A DNA stretch of 64,000 bases from Octopus vulgaris (lineage: Eukaryota): NCBI GenBank assembly GCA_951406725.2, contig OX597817.1, forward strand, positions 106,578,001-106,642,000. The letters run 5' to 3'. The position numbers and the translations under genes are program-made. Below are positions 63,092 through 64,000 of this stretch, piece after piece (position 1 is the first letter of the stretch; every line of letters begins with the position of its first letter). The notes below the pieces were generated by a model. It was given only the letters and a program-made list of their open reading frames with translations. It had not been told where the DNA came from and did no database searches.

Positions 63092-64000
63092 ATCATAGAT
63101 CTTCAAAAAAAGAAATCGAAGACTCCAGCTGGTCTACTTGGCTTCCTTTTGATCATGAGAAACTAACATCACCTCGTAGTTCCTGGTCTTTGCCATTTGG
63201 CTTAAAAAGCGAACCAGAAAATGATAGCTTTTTCACTCAGCAACCAAGTACACCTGTCACACAGCAAGCTCCAAAACAGACCAACTTACCACCCATATAT
63301 CCTTCAAGAAATAATTCTGCAAAAGACTTATTAAATCAGACACAAGAGACAAGTGAGAAAATAAAAGGTGAAACTTCTCAGTGTACTACTTTGGAAGCTG
63401 AAACAGAGAGCCATAAGGATAAAACTGAAGTAGTCCAAGCAACTTTGGATCCTTCAAGCAAAAATAAAACTAAGAAAAATGAAAAACACTCATTATTTGA
63501 TTCAGTAGAAAATAAATCAGATTCTCCAAAAGAGGATTCTTTTATAGATATTTCTTCAATTGAATCCAATATTTCATTTGATAGTGAAAAATCTAATTTT
63601 GTAGAACATGATGAATCTATAGCAGAAATTAAATCTACCATGGGTAAGGCAGTTCCTGATTTTGAAGAAATTTCATCTTCAAATACAGGCTCATCAACAG
63701 AGATTTTAAAGAGTTCTACAGAAGCAAATATTTCATTTGAAGAACTAGAATCAGAGGTGAAAACTGATAATGAGCGAGAAAGTACACCTGCTTATGAGAG
63801 TTCTCTTTTAGCAGTGTGTGTAAATACTGATTCTGATAATGGTGAGAGTCCACTACAGATGAAAGGTTCTGATTTTGAGCCTGCAGCCTCAAGAGACAAT
63901 AACAAACCTTCTCATCAAAGTTTTCACTCTGATCAGGAGAATGTAGGGCTCTCAGATTTAGATTTACAAAATTTTCAGCCTATAGAAATTGGAAAACAAA
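63092..64000 (+). CDS. TMF1: TMF1 second coding exon (long acidic, Ser-rich, low-complexity region; runs off the window)
   Basis: ttttatag| acceptor in phase 1; open frame DHRSSKKEIEDSSWSTWLPF...ENDSFFTQ... with no stop up to 64000. Confidence 0.85.

Noticed and set aside
63378-63641. 87-aa minus-strand ORF
   Set aside because: Antisense shadow of the TMF1 coding exon

Overview
AT-rich, repeat-dense animal genomic DNA. The SINE families and (TA)n/(TACA)n arrays look like a coleoid cephalopod, most likely Octopus (inference). Three host genes are present: (1) a single-coding-exon DUF229-like, alkaline-phosphatase-fold type II membrane protein (671-2986, +) whose predicted metal-ligand motifs look degenerate; (2) a complete 10-exon mitochondrial uncoupling protein 4 gene (UCP4/SLC25A27, 13340-43037, -, 311 aa, all junctions GT-AG and in phase); (3) the 5' part of TMF1 (ATG at 60517, +, runs off the window). 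Introns and intergenic DNA hold tRNA-derived SINEs, RTE and R4/Dong LINE fragments, a Penelope GIY-YIG relic, hAT and mariner relics, MITEs and minisatellites. The most notable non-obvious signal is a set of at least 8 type I hammerhead-ribozyme motifs (CUGANGA...GAAA, palindromic minimal stem III, often a very long stem II) in small Penelope-like elements. Several have intact cores, two belong to one family and carry inverted duplications, and one is in the sense orientation in a UCP4 intron. All analysis is by eye; no database search or folding was run.
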